Below are positions 24,150-37,549 of a DNA stretch of 64,000 nucleotides, piece by piece. Numbering within the stretch: the first letter of the stretch is position 1; every line of letters begins with the position of its first letter. The notes beneath the pieces are model-generated. The model was not told the DNA's origin. It saw only the letters and a program-made list of their open reading frames with translations, and made no database searches. This DNA is from Amoebophrya sp. A120. Its lineage: Eukaryota; Protista; Dinoflagellata. The position numbers and the translations under genes were made by a program. The stretch spans positions 4,426,233 to 4,490,232 of the forward strand of contig CAJINV010000001.1 of NCBI GenBank assembly GCA_905178155.1, given 5' to 3'.

Positions 24150-26200
24150 TGAACCTGACGCACAGTGCTGCGGCCGGCGAATAAGTAAATCCACCCCCTT
24201 TCTTTGTCACCCCATTCTCTTCAGCGCGTTGCGTAGGGCGGATACCGAACCGACTGCAAGCCCATCGGCGCCCTCCTGCGCCCACGAGAATTGATGTCGC
24301 CCCTGGTGAGGTCCCGAATATCGTCGGCGGAAAGTTGCGTAATGTAGGCCTTCAACCGCATCACAATCACGAAAATGTACATGTTCACCATCGCAAAAAG
24401 GAAGAGCTGTGATAAATTTTTGTTATATCTTCATGTGGCTTCTTGCAGCTCTTGTGAAAGATATAAATATAGGTGGGCTTTTTGTTTTTGTTTTTTCACT
24501 ATTTCATCAATGCAGAAAGATTTTTCATCAACACTCGATACCCAGAAAAACCGCGAGCTTTGGTTGTCCTCCCGCTCTTGTCCTTCGTCCTCGGTTTCGA
24601 ACACGATGAAGGCGCGAAGACCTAGTTCGATGAAGAGGTACCCTTGGTAGACGGTCAGCCAGGGGGCGCTGAATTTCCGAGCGCCAACGAAGCCCGAGAG
24701 ACCCAGCGGGGCTATCATAGCCAGGGCGGTCTTGTACGGCGACGGGTACATAATGGAGACAAAGGTGAACACGAAATTGAGCAGCACAATGCACTGGACG
24801 GTGCCGGAGTAGTAGAGGACTCGGATCTGAAATGGTGTGGGCGAAGAATATGCGAGATTGGATATGAAGTTCTTTGCATTCCAATCGCAATTTCTCGTTG
24901 AAACGCGCTTCGTACTCGTAGCAAACTACATGCAAAAAAAAAAAAGCGACTCGTATGAGTCGGCCTTTTTCAAGCGACACACAAACATCGACGTGTTGTA
25001 GCATCTACAGCTGTACCAGCCTCTGCTCCTCCCGCGAGGGCGCGGTGGCGAGAAACAGGATCGCGCCGCTGGTGGGATCCCCGGGGGAGTGCGCGATGAT
25101 GCGGGCCCCCTGGTGCGGACTTTCCGTCGGCACCCCACCGGCGATGCCGTCGCGGTCCACGGCGTGCAAAACCGGGTTTCCGATCACCATGTTCGGTTAT
25201 CAACTGCAAAAATGTCTGGGTCTGGAAGAATTCATGTTTGTCATGCTTGTCTGGCATGACTCTTAAATCTGTCATGCACATTACCCAAGAGCTCCGTTTT
25301 TCTGTCATGCAGGAGCGCAGTTTGTCATGCAGAATAGGCAACACCTAGGAGCTCAGAAGCTTGTCATGCTGAGCCAGCATCTGTAGCCTCATCATGAGAC
25401 GCCACCCAGCATCACAAGTTTCCAGACCCAGACATTTTTACATTTGGTATCGGTGGGGGTGGTCGCATCTCCTGTGCCTGCAGTCGCCGGGCCATTTCCG
25501 CGTCGGCCGTCTCCTGCTGCGAGGCGGCAGTCGCCGTATCAATCGCATATCAACTGTAAAAATGTCTGGGTCTGGAAGAATGATGCTGCATTTGGATTCC
25601 AAGAAAATCTGTATTGCATGAGCAGCAAAGGGAATGCAATTTTTGCTACGCGGAGAGGGCATTTGTCATGCAGAATAGGCATCGCGAAGCCCTCAAAAAA
25701 TCTGTGATGCTAGGGCATGCATCACAGACATCATGGCCAATGCAAAACATGCATGACAAGTCTCAGAATCTTCCAGACCCAGACATTTTTACATTTGATA
25801 TCGCCGGGGGTCGTGCCATGACGGGCGACCCCTGCGGCGGGGGCCCGGGTTCTTCGCCCAGCCCACGGGTGGCGCTGCTCGGGGAGGGAATGGTGGTGAG
25901 GATGTAGCCCTGATTCGCAGGTTGGCCGGACATATGAAATCGGGACGTCGCACCTCCTGCGGCGGGGGAAGTTGAACTAGAGGCGAGCGGGTACATGACG
26001 GGAGCAAAGGATGGCGGGCTATTTGCCCTATTTCTTTCCTGTTCTGGTGCATCGCCGTCATTTGCTCCTGTTGTACTAGTATTGTTGTCCAACAACTCTG
26101 GGGGCGCCGTGTGCTGTCCTGCGGAGGTATCGAAAGTCGACTCGTCGTACTGCTGGAGCTGCAAGACGCCTGCAGTTCTATCAAACTCCCCATGCTCCAT
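24150..26200 (-). CDS. multi-pass membrane protein with a Pro/Ala-rich N-terminus, multi-exon; 3' end uncertain
   Basis: Removing two introners gives ...MARPPAI-DTATAASQQETADAEMARRLQAQEMRPPPP-NMVIGNPV.... Downstream TM helices LLNFVFTFVSIM, LAMIAPLGLSGFVG, YLFIELGLRAFIVF and LFAMVNMYIFVIVM. Confidence 0.65.
25198..25449. mobile_element. introner, family A (252 bp)
   Basis: TIR TATCAACTGCAAAAATGTCTGGGTCTGGAA ... TTCCAGACCCAGACATTTTTACATTTGGTA. Direct repeat TCGGT (25193-25197, 25450-25454). Frame restored on removal. Confidence 0.9.
25548..25800. mobile_element. introner, family A (253 bp)
   Basis: Family A TIRs. Flanks TCGCA/TCGCC. Removing 258 bp restores frame. Confidence 0.9.
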
Positions 26201-27363
26201 GGCATTTTCCGTTCAGCCGCAAAAGGAATGATTGCACGCGTGTTCCTCCATTTAGCGGAAGTAGATTACTCTATAGCTTCTTTTCAAGTTTTCAGGGAAC
26301 GCAAAAAGTCACAAGGAGGATGACATGTGAATCCAAAGCCTCAGGTGATGGCGCAGCTTTTTTTTTACAGCTTCTTTACTCTTTGGAGCTACGACGATGA
26401 GTTTTGAGGCTACTACGACGACTACAGCTCTCGTTCTTCTGAGCATGTGTTACAGAGGGCACCAGAACCGACAATGTAGTATGTGGCAGCAACTAGTACT
26501 GCAAAGACGTGCTCGGCCCGCCGTAAGATTGATACTGCGTACTAGATTCGGATGATGGTTTTCAGTTCGAATTCTATGGGAAGCAATGCTGTCACTGTCA
26601 GCTAGTACTAGTACAGAAGAAAACTCGACACGATGGAGACGGACGGTGCGTCTACGAGTACACTGAACCACAACAGACTCATATCTCTTGTTGCAATTGA
26701 AGCGTGCTGTTTGGAATAACACTACTTCATCGATGCAAAACCGAGGAAATAACTGTGGTCTTATTGTATCTATGCGTGCACTTTCCAAGCCTTTTTGTAC
26801 AGTTCGAGTTGCTTTTGGACACTGATTTAGGTTACGATCATGATTCTATCTCTCTCTGTCGCTGTGAAAATAGGATTCTAAAATCAGCTTTTGCTTTCAT
26901 GTCAGCTAGAATATTACAATATGGTACTGAGTTTTGCTCGTCGTAGTTAATCTTGCAATCTTCTGATAACTCGTCTAGAAATACAGGTTACTGTTTCAGT
27001 TGACAATCACAAAAACAATATTGCTAGATAGAAAATTTTTACACGATGCGATAAAACGGTAAATGAGGTTACTTTGGCAAAGGTTTTGTTGTATAAGTAG
27101 TTTACGCGTCACCTTCCATCCACCACTGGTGCAGAAGATGGTCTTTTTCAACTCCCTACGCCTATCCCGTTAGCCTGGCTTGCGGAGTGAAAAAGCAAAA
27201 GGTAAACAAGGTTTCATAAATCAAAGTGAGTACGACAAACTATTCTTCGCCGGAATTTGATGATCAAAGCGGTACAGAAAGACAGGAAGAATGGACAGAA
27301 ACAAAAAGGAAAAGCAAAAGTTTTCCGTCGTAAGCGTCGTTTCACATGTTGCACCTTCCTTGT

Positions 27364-30300
27364 TTACTCCGTCGCCGCCGGTGCAGCGTCCGCAGCGGGT
27401 TCTTCGGCGGCTGGGGCGGCTTCCGTGGCTCCGGCAGCGGCCGCTGCTTCCTCCGCTGCTTTCTTTTGCGCTCGCTTCGCCGCAACCTCCTTCTGCGCAG
27501 CCTGTCGTGCGTTTCATTTTAGTTGGAATTGCGTAAACTTTTTCGTTCCCGGCGAATAAAAGGTTCCTTTCTCGAACGGCGCATTTTTGCGACGTCAGTA
27601 CTAGTAAACTTCCAGCACAGCAGCCAGGACTTGCGCAAAAAAAAAATTCAAAATCGTACTTTTATTGAGGCAACCATATTCACGCAATCCCCAAAAGTAC
27701 CTTCTGTCTCTGCTTCGCCTGCATGCGCGCGGCAGCGGCGTTTCCCTCGTCTCCGAGCTCTTCCGCCCAGGCGGCGATCTCGGCGGCCTCCTTTTCCGCA
27801 GCCTCCTTGGCTCGCGCTTCCTCGAGTTCCTTCCGTTTCTGTTCCACCTCCTTCTTGGCGATTTTTTGGCGCTGCTTGGCCTGCATTTTCAATGCGGCCC
27901 CATTGGCGTCGTCGCCCAAATCGGTCAGCCACTTGTCGAGCTCCGCGTTTTCCTCCTCCGCCTGTCGCTTCGATTCCTCTAATTCGCGCCGTTTAGCCTC
28001 GACCTGTCGTGATTGCGAGGCGTTGAGGTACAGAGAATTTTTCTAAAAAGACACAACTAGATCAACATCATAAGGAGAGATCGCACGTAAGACGGTACTC
28101 ACCTGCTTCTTCGCCATTTTTTGTCTCTGCTTGGCCTGCATTTTCATGGCAGCCGAGTTTGCGTCGTCGCCCAATTCGTTGAGCCACTTATCCAGGTCGC
28201 TTTCCTCGCTCTTGGCCTCCTGGGCCTGTCGCTGTGCCTCTTCCAGCTCTCGTCTTCTAGCCTCGACCTGAGAATCAATTTATGTAGTTGTGGTCAACAT
28301 GTTGTAAATGCACGTTCTTTGTTATTCTACAACTCCACACAGAACCTTGTCGTCGAGCAGGCGCTTTACGTATGATCTATTACTTACTTTCAGAACGAAT
28401 GCAGTATAACGGTGAGAGCTGCATCGTTTCTTCTATCAGTACCTGCTTCTTGGCCATTTTTTGTCTCTGTTTCGCTTGCATCTTCAAGGCCGCTCCGTTG
28501 GCGTCGTCTCCGAGATCCGCCAGCCACGTGTCGAGTTCGGCGGCTTCTTCTATAAACTGCTCAGGTGTTACAATCTCAAACGTTACAATAGAACCTGGAA
28601 TTTGTGTTGCAAGAAGTGCATTAATATCTAGCCAACTCTCATAGGATTGCGCATGACAAGTTGTGGAGTGGTCCCAATCCGCACTACAATCTGGCGAAAT
28701 TTGTATTGCAGAAAGTGGAATGCTGTCCGAGTCTGTCATGCTCATCATGCAATACAAAACCCAAATTCTATTTCAACGTTTGAGATTGTAAAAACGTTTG
28801 AGCAGGTCATATCTTCCTGCGCGATTTTCTGGGCCTCCTCGAGCTCCCGCCGCCGGGCGTCCACCTGCTTTTTGGCCAGCTTTTGTCGCTGTTTGGCCTG
28901 TATCCTGTGCAAAAGTATCCCACTCGTAGTAATTGCTATGGTGCATGACAAATATCCCTCTTTAGGTAAAATAGCATTACAAATTGCATTTTTCTTCTTG
29001 CAAAAATTTGTGATGCAATTTTTACTAGTACGATACTTTTGCAATGCATAGCCTGCATCTTCAGGGCGGCGGCGTTGGCGTCGTCCCCGAGCTCGTCGAG
29101 CCACTGGTCCAATTCATTCGCCTCCGTCTCTTTCTGCGCCAACTCGAGTTCGCGGCGCCGAGCTTCGACCTGACCATGTCAGTTTCGCAATGGGAATTTT
29201 GATACGGCGTAGTAGCCACGGTAAGCTGACTTGTGAGAGTGTAGTACTCTGGTTCTGCAGGCGGCCAGAGTGATCTGCTTATCCTTTCATCTACGGTAGA
29301 TGAATAAAGGAATACACCACACAGGTCTGTATCTGTAACTAATTTGCACTATCGAACCCGAAACTGCTCTACCTGTTTTTTCGCCATTTTTTGTCTCTGC
29401 TTGGCCTGCATTTTCAAAGCAGCAGAGTTTGCATCATCGCCCAGCTCACCGAGCCATTTATCCAAGTCCTCGCCCTCTTCCTGCTCTGCCTGCTGTGCTG
29501 CTTCCAACTCTTTTCTGCGGGCTTCGACCTGAGAGTTGAAGCATCACGCATCTGGATGTAAAAATTTTCAGCCACGAACGGATTAAGTTACAAGTAGAAC
29601 GAGGGAGGATGTTCACACCAACCATGTAGATGTTGTAGGTAGTTGTATCATTCTTTCACATTCTTGACTAAGAAATCGAAACCTGTTTCTTGGCCATTTT
29701 TTGTCTTTGCTTTGCTTGCATTTTCAATGCCGCGACACTTGCGTCGTCGCCGAGGTCCTGGAGCCAAGCGTCGAGTTCCTTCGTCTCCTCGGCCTGCTCC
29801 TTCGCCAGTTTCTGTGCCTCTTCTAATTCCTTCCTTCGGGCTTCGACCTGACAAGATTTATTCGCAAAGTGGCGCAATTGATTCATCGCGATGTTGTGTA
29901 TCAGACAACCCATCGCGATCATGTTGTCTTGTGATAGACATTGCCTTCACCATTGAGTTTGAGTTCGCTGTGCATTCATCCATGAGTCTGCTTCTCACAG
30001 ATCCCTACATTCGCTTTCAATGCCTAAAAGTCAAACATCTCATATTGATTCCAAAAACAAGCCGCACCTGCTTTTTGGCCAACTTTTGTCTCTGTTTCGC
30101 CTGCATTTTCAATGCGGCGGAATTGGCATCGTCGCCCAGATCGGCAAGCCACTTGTCGAGGTCTTCTTCCTCGTTGGCAGCAGCACGCTGTGCCTCCTCC
30201 AGCTCTCGTCTGCGCTGCTCGACCTGGTGGTGATGGTGCCAACAAGTGTTCCATGATCAACTGACATTTTCATGTAAGGTACAACGCGCCGAAAACAAAA

Positions 30301-31286
30301 AAGCAACAATCACAGCCAACGAGAAACATCCACCTATACCTGCTTCTTCGCCTGCTTTTGTCGTTGCCTGGCTTGCATTTTGATTGCGGCGGCGTCTGCG
30401 TCCGCACCGAGCCCTGCGGTCCAGGCGACTAAATCCTCCTCACTGCTACTTGCCGGTGCCGACTCCTCCTTCTTCGGTTCTACCGTAACTGCCGTCGGTG
30501 CCCGCGCGGCCTTCTTCGCGGCGGTCTCCTTCCGCGCCTGCTTTGCGCGGTACATGGCCTGCACCTGCGTCGCGGCCGCGGCCTCTTCCTCGCTGTGGTG
30601 CGACATTTCCTCTTCGTCGATTTCTTCGTGTAGTCCAAAGTCTTCCACCGACCCGTGCGTGCCGAACCCGCGCCGGCAGTGCTGCTTGATCCAGTTCGAC
30701 TCGTTGGGGTCTTTTACCCGTCGGACGCGTTTCATGGTCAAATAATCGTACAAGATACCCTCCTTCGCGGAGTAGAAACCCTCGCCCGTGTCGTACATGC
30801 CTGGTGGCACCGCGACGGACACGCCATCGGTCAGCTGCGTCTTCCCTGCGGGCTTCAAACCCGTGTTCGTTTCGCTGAAAAACCGGCGGTCCTGGGCGGA
30901 CAGGTAACCCCAGTTCTCGTCCTTGAACTCGAGCCCGTCGGCAAACTGATACCTTGGAAAATTCTTGTATCATAATTGCATTTGTTTATTCTCGAGTTTT
31001 TGATTTACGAATTTATTGAAGGAACGAAAACGAATGTCAAGAACATCGTTGTCGAAAACAAACAGAATAGATACTGTCCCGAAATGGCCACGCCTCGCTC
31101 CCATTGCGCCACGTACTTGGCCCCGTGCACGTAGATCATCGTGCCTTCGCCGTGGAACTCGCCCCTGCGGAACTGGCCCTCGTAAATGGTGCCATTCGGG
31201 AACTCGTATTTCCCGGGTCCGTCATACCAGCCATCTTTGATCTCGCCGGTATACGTGCTCCCCGTCCAAGTCGTTTGCGTCGGCAT
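27364..31286 (-). CDS. MORN5-like protein with nine C-terminal 52-55 aa IQ-like repeats, about 11 exons
   Basis: N-terminus TGSTYTGE..DG..., GEFHGEGT, QFADGLEF...NW.Y....DRRFF.E...GLKPAG.TQLT, PPG.YDTGEGFY and WI..HCRRG follow the MORN5 pattern. Then repeats of WL.DLGDDANAAALKMQAKQRQK.AKKQVE. Confidence 0.85.
28551..28811. mobile_element. introner, family C (261 bp)
   Basis: TIR TATAAACTGCTCA..TTACAATCTCAAACGTT ... AACGTTTGAGATTGTAA..TGAGCAGGTCATA. Direct repeat TCTTC. Removal gives AQEE-AAELDTW. Confidence 0.9.
28901..29050. mobile_element. introner, family D (150 bp)
   Basis: TIR TATCCTGTGCAAAAGTATC ... GATACTTTTGCAATGCATA. Direct repeat GCCTG. Removal restores the repeat consensus MQA-KQRQ. 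Confidence 0.9.
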
Positions 31287-32304
31287 CTTGTAGGATGTAA
31301 ACAGATGAAAAACAACGACTCGGACTACCTGTATTTAATATTGCAGCCCAAATTTTTTCAGCATTGCATTTGCAGATCCAAAAGAAGCGACAAATATTAA
31401 CCGATGGAGAATTTGCCCCAACAAGGAGTATTAAAGAAATCGAACCTGCACGATGAAACAAGCAACCGAATGTAATTACTTATGTTTCGAACTAGCAGTT
31501 CTCCCACCCCTACCGAAACTGGAACTTGTGCTCCCCCTTCCTGATCCTGGCTCCCTTAAATCAACGTGAATACACGAGTAGGACACGACGACGAAAGTGA
31601 CGATCTTGATCTCCTTCTGGGTGCATAATTTTCTTTGATTCAGTAGTGACAGCCAAGATGGCGAATATGATCTTCTGGACCGAAACCTGCACCGAGCATT
31701 TCGATTTTCATTTTTTTCCTAGACCCCTGCAAGAATAAAACTCACAAACCCCAAAGACCGTAGTTGCTACGTAATTTCTAATGGCCGTATCCATTCTGAT
31801 CACTAGAGAACACCTCCTTCGCCTTGACCCCGATGGACATGGAGCCCCTGGTCGTTACGCGCCGAGCTTGATGAGGTGTATTCGTTGTGTCCCGCCGAAG
31901 AGCAAAAGCAATTTATTCCTCTGTCTCCGAAAGCGCGAGAGGCACTTTGTACTTCCCATAAGGAGGATGCGTCTTGCTTATCAAATGCAGGAGCGTGATA
32001 CGAAACAAAAACCAATAGTGAGCAGTTCCTTTTAGTGTACATTTTTTGAAGAAGAACCGAAAATCGATTCGGTTCTAATTCTACCGAGCCAAAGATATGA
32101 TACAGGAGGGAGGACACAAATCTTTCCCTTATAGCCCAGACAAAAATCCAAACCTTGAGCTCAACGGAGATAGAAGAAATAGAGAAAATGCGAACTACGT
32201 TGCGGGGGCCATAGTCTCGTTTATTCAACTACCTAACCGTGTAGAAGTTGTTAAGACACATGCGGACCCGACGTCGAACATTTTGGCACGACCCCCATAT
32301 GCAT

Positions 32305-32988
32305 CTACTTCGTGCCTTCTAGTTTCATCATTTTCTCTTCCCGCTGGCGTCGCTGTTCTGCCGCTTGTTTCTCGAGCGTCCAGATCTCCTCGCACTTGTC
32401 CGCTAAATGGTCGCACTCCTTGCGCAACTGCTCGCAGTCCGCCGTCACCGTGGCAGGCTGGTTGAGAACCTGCATATTTATTCATCAAAGGCTTTGATCA
32501 TTTGGAATCGATAGAGAATAGGTGTTGCCAGACCTGCAAGTTGTACTACTTTCAGTCCCACAATTGAAGTGCCACAAAAGTACATCAGAACTCTAACCAG
32601 AAGCAGAAATCCGAATCAAGTATAAGGAATGAGTTTGAATTGTATGCAACGCTCAATCGAAACGAGCAAAAAACCTATCTTTCTAAATCATCAATACAGC
32701 CCGGTTGTCCATGATGTGCTCCTTGAGATCTGGGTCCATTTGCACCTTCTCTTCAACGTGTTTGATCATGTGCTCGACCAGCGCCTCGCCCTCCACGCGG
32801 ATTTTGTTCTCGTTTACCCAGAACTCCGTGGCCAGTTCCTCGAGAATGGGCGTGATCACGCTGCGCACGTAACCGGGCCGCGTGGACTTCAGCTGTTTCT
32901 GCCGCATTTCGATGCTCACCTTCGGTGCGGTCCGGGCGAAGCTGTCGGACATCCGCCCGCTGTCAACCATGCTGGAGGTGCGAGACAT
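32305..32988 (-). CDS. small coiled-coil hypothetical protein, 2 exons
   Basis: ORF 32683-32988 plus a downstream frame VLNQPATVTADCEQLRKECDHLADKCEEIW...EGTK*. Confidence 0.5.
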
Positions 32989-34045
32989 AGTTAGTTTACT
33001 TCAGCCTGGGATGGATTTGGATTCGCGGGTTACGGAAATTATACACAAAAGAACAAAACACGTGAACGAGAAATCGGGAACAGCGCAAGGGGGTATTAAT
33101 GTCGATACTAGCAATGAAAATAAAGTAAAATCGCTTGGTAAACAAGGGAAGTTTCGGTTTTTGCCAAGTTGGACAAAGGAACAAGTCCTGCGATAATGAT
33201 TTCAAAGAAAAAGCTGGTGAGTTGACCACCGCGAAGAGAAAAAAAGCAAAAGCCGTTCAAGTTTCCCAAAAGAGAATTTACATTCTGACGCGGTTGAAGT
33301 TCACCGACCACAATTTACTTCTTCCGGTGTCTGTAATTTAGGCGTGATACAGCACAACAACCGACTTTTGTTTGGGGACTGCAAGGAAGTGATTTTACCG
33401 AAGTTGTACAACGATGGCACGTTGCCATTCTACCGATCATACTAGAAACGCTTGTTAGTCGCGATGCGGCAGCAGCAGTGTCATCGATGGATTGCGCGAT
33501 TGTGGACCGAAGAAAATTTCAAAACTCCAGCACCGATGAGAGGCGTCAAGGCGAGAATTACGAATCAATACGAAAGCGAGGTCCACAGTGGGCAAATGAA
33601 CAAAAAACGAAGCAAGGGACTTCCTTTCACAATCCGGATCCGGAACAATCGCGAAACTTCATACATGATTCTTTTCGCACGGATACGAAGCCACCACAAC
33701 ATCGTCTCATCTGTACACGCACACACAGGACGTGCACAGACTCAGAAATTTTTTTTCGAGCGAAACATGATTCAAGCAGGTCCAAATAGTCAAAAACAAA
33801 AATGGTACATTCATCCTGGCCTAGTTGTGCATTTACTTTCTTTCTCGTTCTCGTATGACAGCACCACCAACTACAAACGAATTATTACCGACGGCTTCAA
33901 CCTGTTTCCCCTGCACCATATGACAAGCATGCAAAAAAGTCGGCGTTCAGAACTACGGGAAGAGTAGAAGTAGTCGTGGACAAAACACATATTTGCATTT
34001 CCTCTTCTAATTGTGAATATTCCGTGATTTCTGTAGAACTTCTCC

Positions 34046-34480
34046 TTACACGATTTTGCTCCTCCACCTCTTCCGGAAATAATTCACCACGTCCCGGCCC
34101 ACCACGAAGAGAAAGGGCCAAATCGTGCCCCAAAACACGCCCATCGCCACCTCGTGGCAGCATATTCGGACCGTATCGAAGAAGTACCCGATCACCGATT
34201 GCGACGCCGGGCCGGAGAGCGGCAGCAGGAAGTATTTACAAATCACGGACAGGGCAAAGGAGCTAGCGCCGAGCGGCAACGCGAAAACCGACAGAAGTCC
34301 CACCGTCATCGCGGTGTTCGTGCCCACTGTGAACGCGAAGAAGAGCCGGAGAAAGAAGAAGTAACTCCATTCCGGCTCTACAAAAGACAGCGGCCAGGGG
34401 AAGTAGTAGGTAGGTATACCCGCTTGTTCATCTTGCGTGACAGTCAGCACCTCCTCGCCTGCGGCCGGGGAAAAATCCAT
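34046..34480 (-). CDS. small multi-pass membrane protein (144 aa)
   Basis: Single ATG ORF with 3-4 hydrophobic segments, on the gene strand. Confidence 0.6.
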   Translation of the reverse strand: MDFSPAAGEEVLTVTQDEQAGIPTYYFPWPLSFVEPEWSYFFFLRLFFAFTVGTNTAMTVGLLSVFALPLGASSFALSVICKYFLLPLSGPASQSVIGYFFDTVRICCHEVAMGVFWGTIWPFLFVVGRDVVNYFRKRWRSKIV

Positions 34481-34911
34481 TTTTCTTTACTTTCTACAGC
34501 ACGTGGAGCGCAAGTGCCGACTCCGACATGATGATCGTGGTATTTTGATGTTGTTGTTGCCTCGCTCGGGCTTCGTTCAAAAATAAATGCGCAATGATTG
34601 TCACTCCGCTCATGACCAGAGGCACAGAGTACTTGTTTTCGGCCTCTCTCGACACAGGATCATGATCAACATCTGATATAGACGTATACTGAAAGCTTAG
34701 CTCATCTCGAAAGACAACGCCCGCTCGTATTTTTCCATTCCGCCTGTTCACGTGTGCACACCAGCATTTGTCCAAAAAAAAAACGAACACAAGCACGCCA
34801 CGTCCTCTTCGGGATCCTGGCCACCCGCCCCTGAAGAGCGGACTTGAGGCAGTTTGCCGGCACAAATTGCGCGCACTAGTATGCAAGAGGTCTTTATTTC
34901 CATTCGGTTCC

Positions 34912-37549
34912 TCAGATCATTTCTTCGACACTGTAAGCACCGACGCGTTGCATGCCGAGGGGCGACCGGGGTTGGTCGAGCTCATACAGAGCTGTGTCGT
35001 CGTCTACGTCAAACTGCCGGGGTGGGGAATTCATGGCCGAGGATTTTCGGCTCAGCGTCCACTGCCGAGTCCGTCGCATCAACCCGGCGCAAAATTTTCT
35101 CGTGCACCCTACCCAGTACAGCTTCTTATCCCGGCAAATCGAGAGGAAGAAGATCACGGCCACTGCCACGACCAGAAAAAGCATCGCACTCGACGGGAAC
35201 CACGGAGGCAGCAGTATGCCGGAAGAATCGACGAGCTGTGTTGTATCGTCGCATTGGGTTGGTTTGCACATGCTATCTATGTATCACCCTGGGCAGCCGC
35301 ATCATGGTCCTCTAGGTAATAGCTGTGCTTGAGGTTAAGAAGTCTTGGAGAGAAACGACTTAGAGATACACCACGAAACAAACACCGCGTAAAAGTAGTA
35401 AATTCATAAAAGAGTTGTATTTCGTAAGTACCACACTATCCCCTGCGGCCAGCGCGTCCTCGTCCGCGCTGCCGGAAGCTTCAGTCGGTAGGGGTTCAAA
35501 CGGGGGCGGGTTCTCCGGGTAGAAGGTTCGTGTGAGAAACTTTTCCACCGCCGCTTTGTCGAAAAGTTGGTGGAAGAGCTGGTTGCTGCTCGGCCGTGGC
35601 TTTTTTCTCTTGTTCTGCGAAGGGAATGCGTCGTCGTCGTCCTCCGAGTCTGCATTCTTGGCTGAAGCGGATTCCGCTGCCTTTCCGGGCGCATTGTTGT
35701 TCCCAGAAGTAGGACCACTTGCTCCTGCTACGGCGCTGTTTATGTCTGCCAAGACGCTTTCCCACTTCGCAGCTTCCGCGGCGGAGAGCCGCTGTTTCGG
35801 TTTTTCCTTCCAGTAGCAGTCCGGGCACTGCTGGGGCGACGGGAAGAGCAGTTTGGGTTCCAAATTGGTTATCGCCAAGTCCTGGTGGTGGTGCGCCACG
35901 GTTTCCCGGTACACACGTTGCGTGACGCGGTTGTGCAGCTCCCACAGCCACAGGCTGGAAGGCTGCGTCGTGTCGCACCGGCCGAAGGCGCACTTGTCGA
36001 ATCGGTCCAGAAAGTGTCTTCGGCAGTCGTCGCATCCGAAAAAGTTGCTCACGAACGACCTCAGGCGGTCGTAGAACCGCTTCCGGTCCGCCGGGAAAGT
36101 GTGCTGGGAGGCGGCGGACCGGAGGGAGTGGGCCTGCTCGATGTCCTCGTCTTTGGACAGGTGGGGTGGATGCTGCTGGTCCACGGATACGGTGAGAATG
36201 TGTAACAGATGCCACAGTGCGCCAGTAAAGGATGTGGAGGCGCGGAGGGAGGGAACGACGTCTTGGCCACCGGTGAGGATAGGGATGAAGGCCTGCGGTC
36301 AGGTAAAAAGATTATGATTTTGTAATGATTTAGTTCCGGAGATCAATTGGGCAATAGAGATGAATGACAAAGAAGTACAAATACACACGAAATGAGACAT
36401 TCTGCACGCGACATCGAGAAACCGCACTTGTTCCAACTGCTTTTCAAAAAGACGTAGCCTAGATACTTCCCGAATCAACTGGTCCTCCCGCGCACTGTCT
36501 CCAGCCCAAGCTGCAAGTAGTTTAATCCAGGCCTCGGCTGTTACGCTAGGGTCTATTCGCGTTACCAAATCCGTCAAGTCTCCTCGTAGGCTTTCTCTTG
36601 GAAAGTAAGCCGCAACGAACTGAAGCCAGCGCTCAAGCTCCTTCCAGATCTTCGCACTCAGGACACCGTCCTCGGCTTTCAAAAAAACTCCGACCTTCAA
36701 ACTGTACAGCAATGCCAGCACCGCGTCGCGCTCGCGATTGGCGTACAGGGTCGAGCTTTCGTCTTGCCACTTCCAGGACGTTATCTTTGCAGGACCTGGT
36801 GTCGCAGCACCAGAACCACCACCTCCTGCAGCGGCACTATCCTTTTCTCTCTCATCTGGTGTAGTCTTGGTCGCCGCTGCGCTGGACCCCTCCAGTGGAA
36901 GGCCGTCGTTTCCACGTCGTTTCGCAACCAGGGCATCGATGAGCTGGGTGTACAAGGCTAGCCGGTCGGGCCCGTGTTTCTGTGACTTGGTGAGGTCTAA
37001 GGGTCCGCCGTCCCCCTTGTCACTCGCGTCGGCCGGCGCTTCGTGGTACGCCCGCAGTGTGGGGTAGCTGGAGACACCCACGTTGGAACACCATCCGCCG
37101 TGCACTTCGCAGTTCACCGCGGCGAAGTGCACCTTGCCGTCGTACTGCTTTGCGAGCTGCTTGTATGCCGGGGCGAAGGTGATGCAGTGCGGACACCAGC
37201 CGGCGTAGTAGTTTACAATCCAGAGCTCGCTCGTCTTCGCCATCGCCGGCACAAAAGTCTCTGGATTCCGGATCTCCGGGGCCGGGCATTCGGGCGGCGT
37301 CTGCGACTCGAGGAACTGCCGAGCATGGCTCGACGCTTTGGGCTTTCCGTCGCTTTCTTGGAGGGCGACTTTCTCCGTGTCCGCGCAGTCCAAGTACAGA
37401 TCGGCAGCGTGCACTACAGACACCAGAGAAAGTGCGGCACTCAGTGCTCCCAGGGAACCGAGCCGAGAACTGGGTGTCGCGGCACGCCATAATTTGCGAA
37501 AACCTTGGGTGGGACATACGCTCGTGGAACTTGCCGATTTGTGTGTCAT
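34912..37549 (-). CDS. QSOX: quiescin sulfhydryl oxidase (thioredoxin + Erv/ALR), multi-exon, C-terminal TM
   Basis: Signal peptide, YYAGWCPHC thioredoxin motif, LWHLLHIL, FFGCDDCRRHF, LWLWELHNRV and FPSPQQCPDC. GT-AG intron at about 36293-36466. Confidence 0.9.

Noticed and set aside
27700-30430. Regular repeats with unique spacers, superficially CRISPR-like
   Set aside because: The repeats are coding exons with synonymous variation and the spacers are GT-AG introns. No cas genes.
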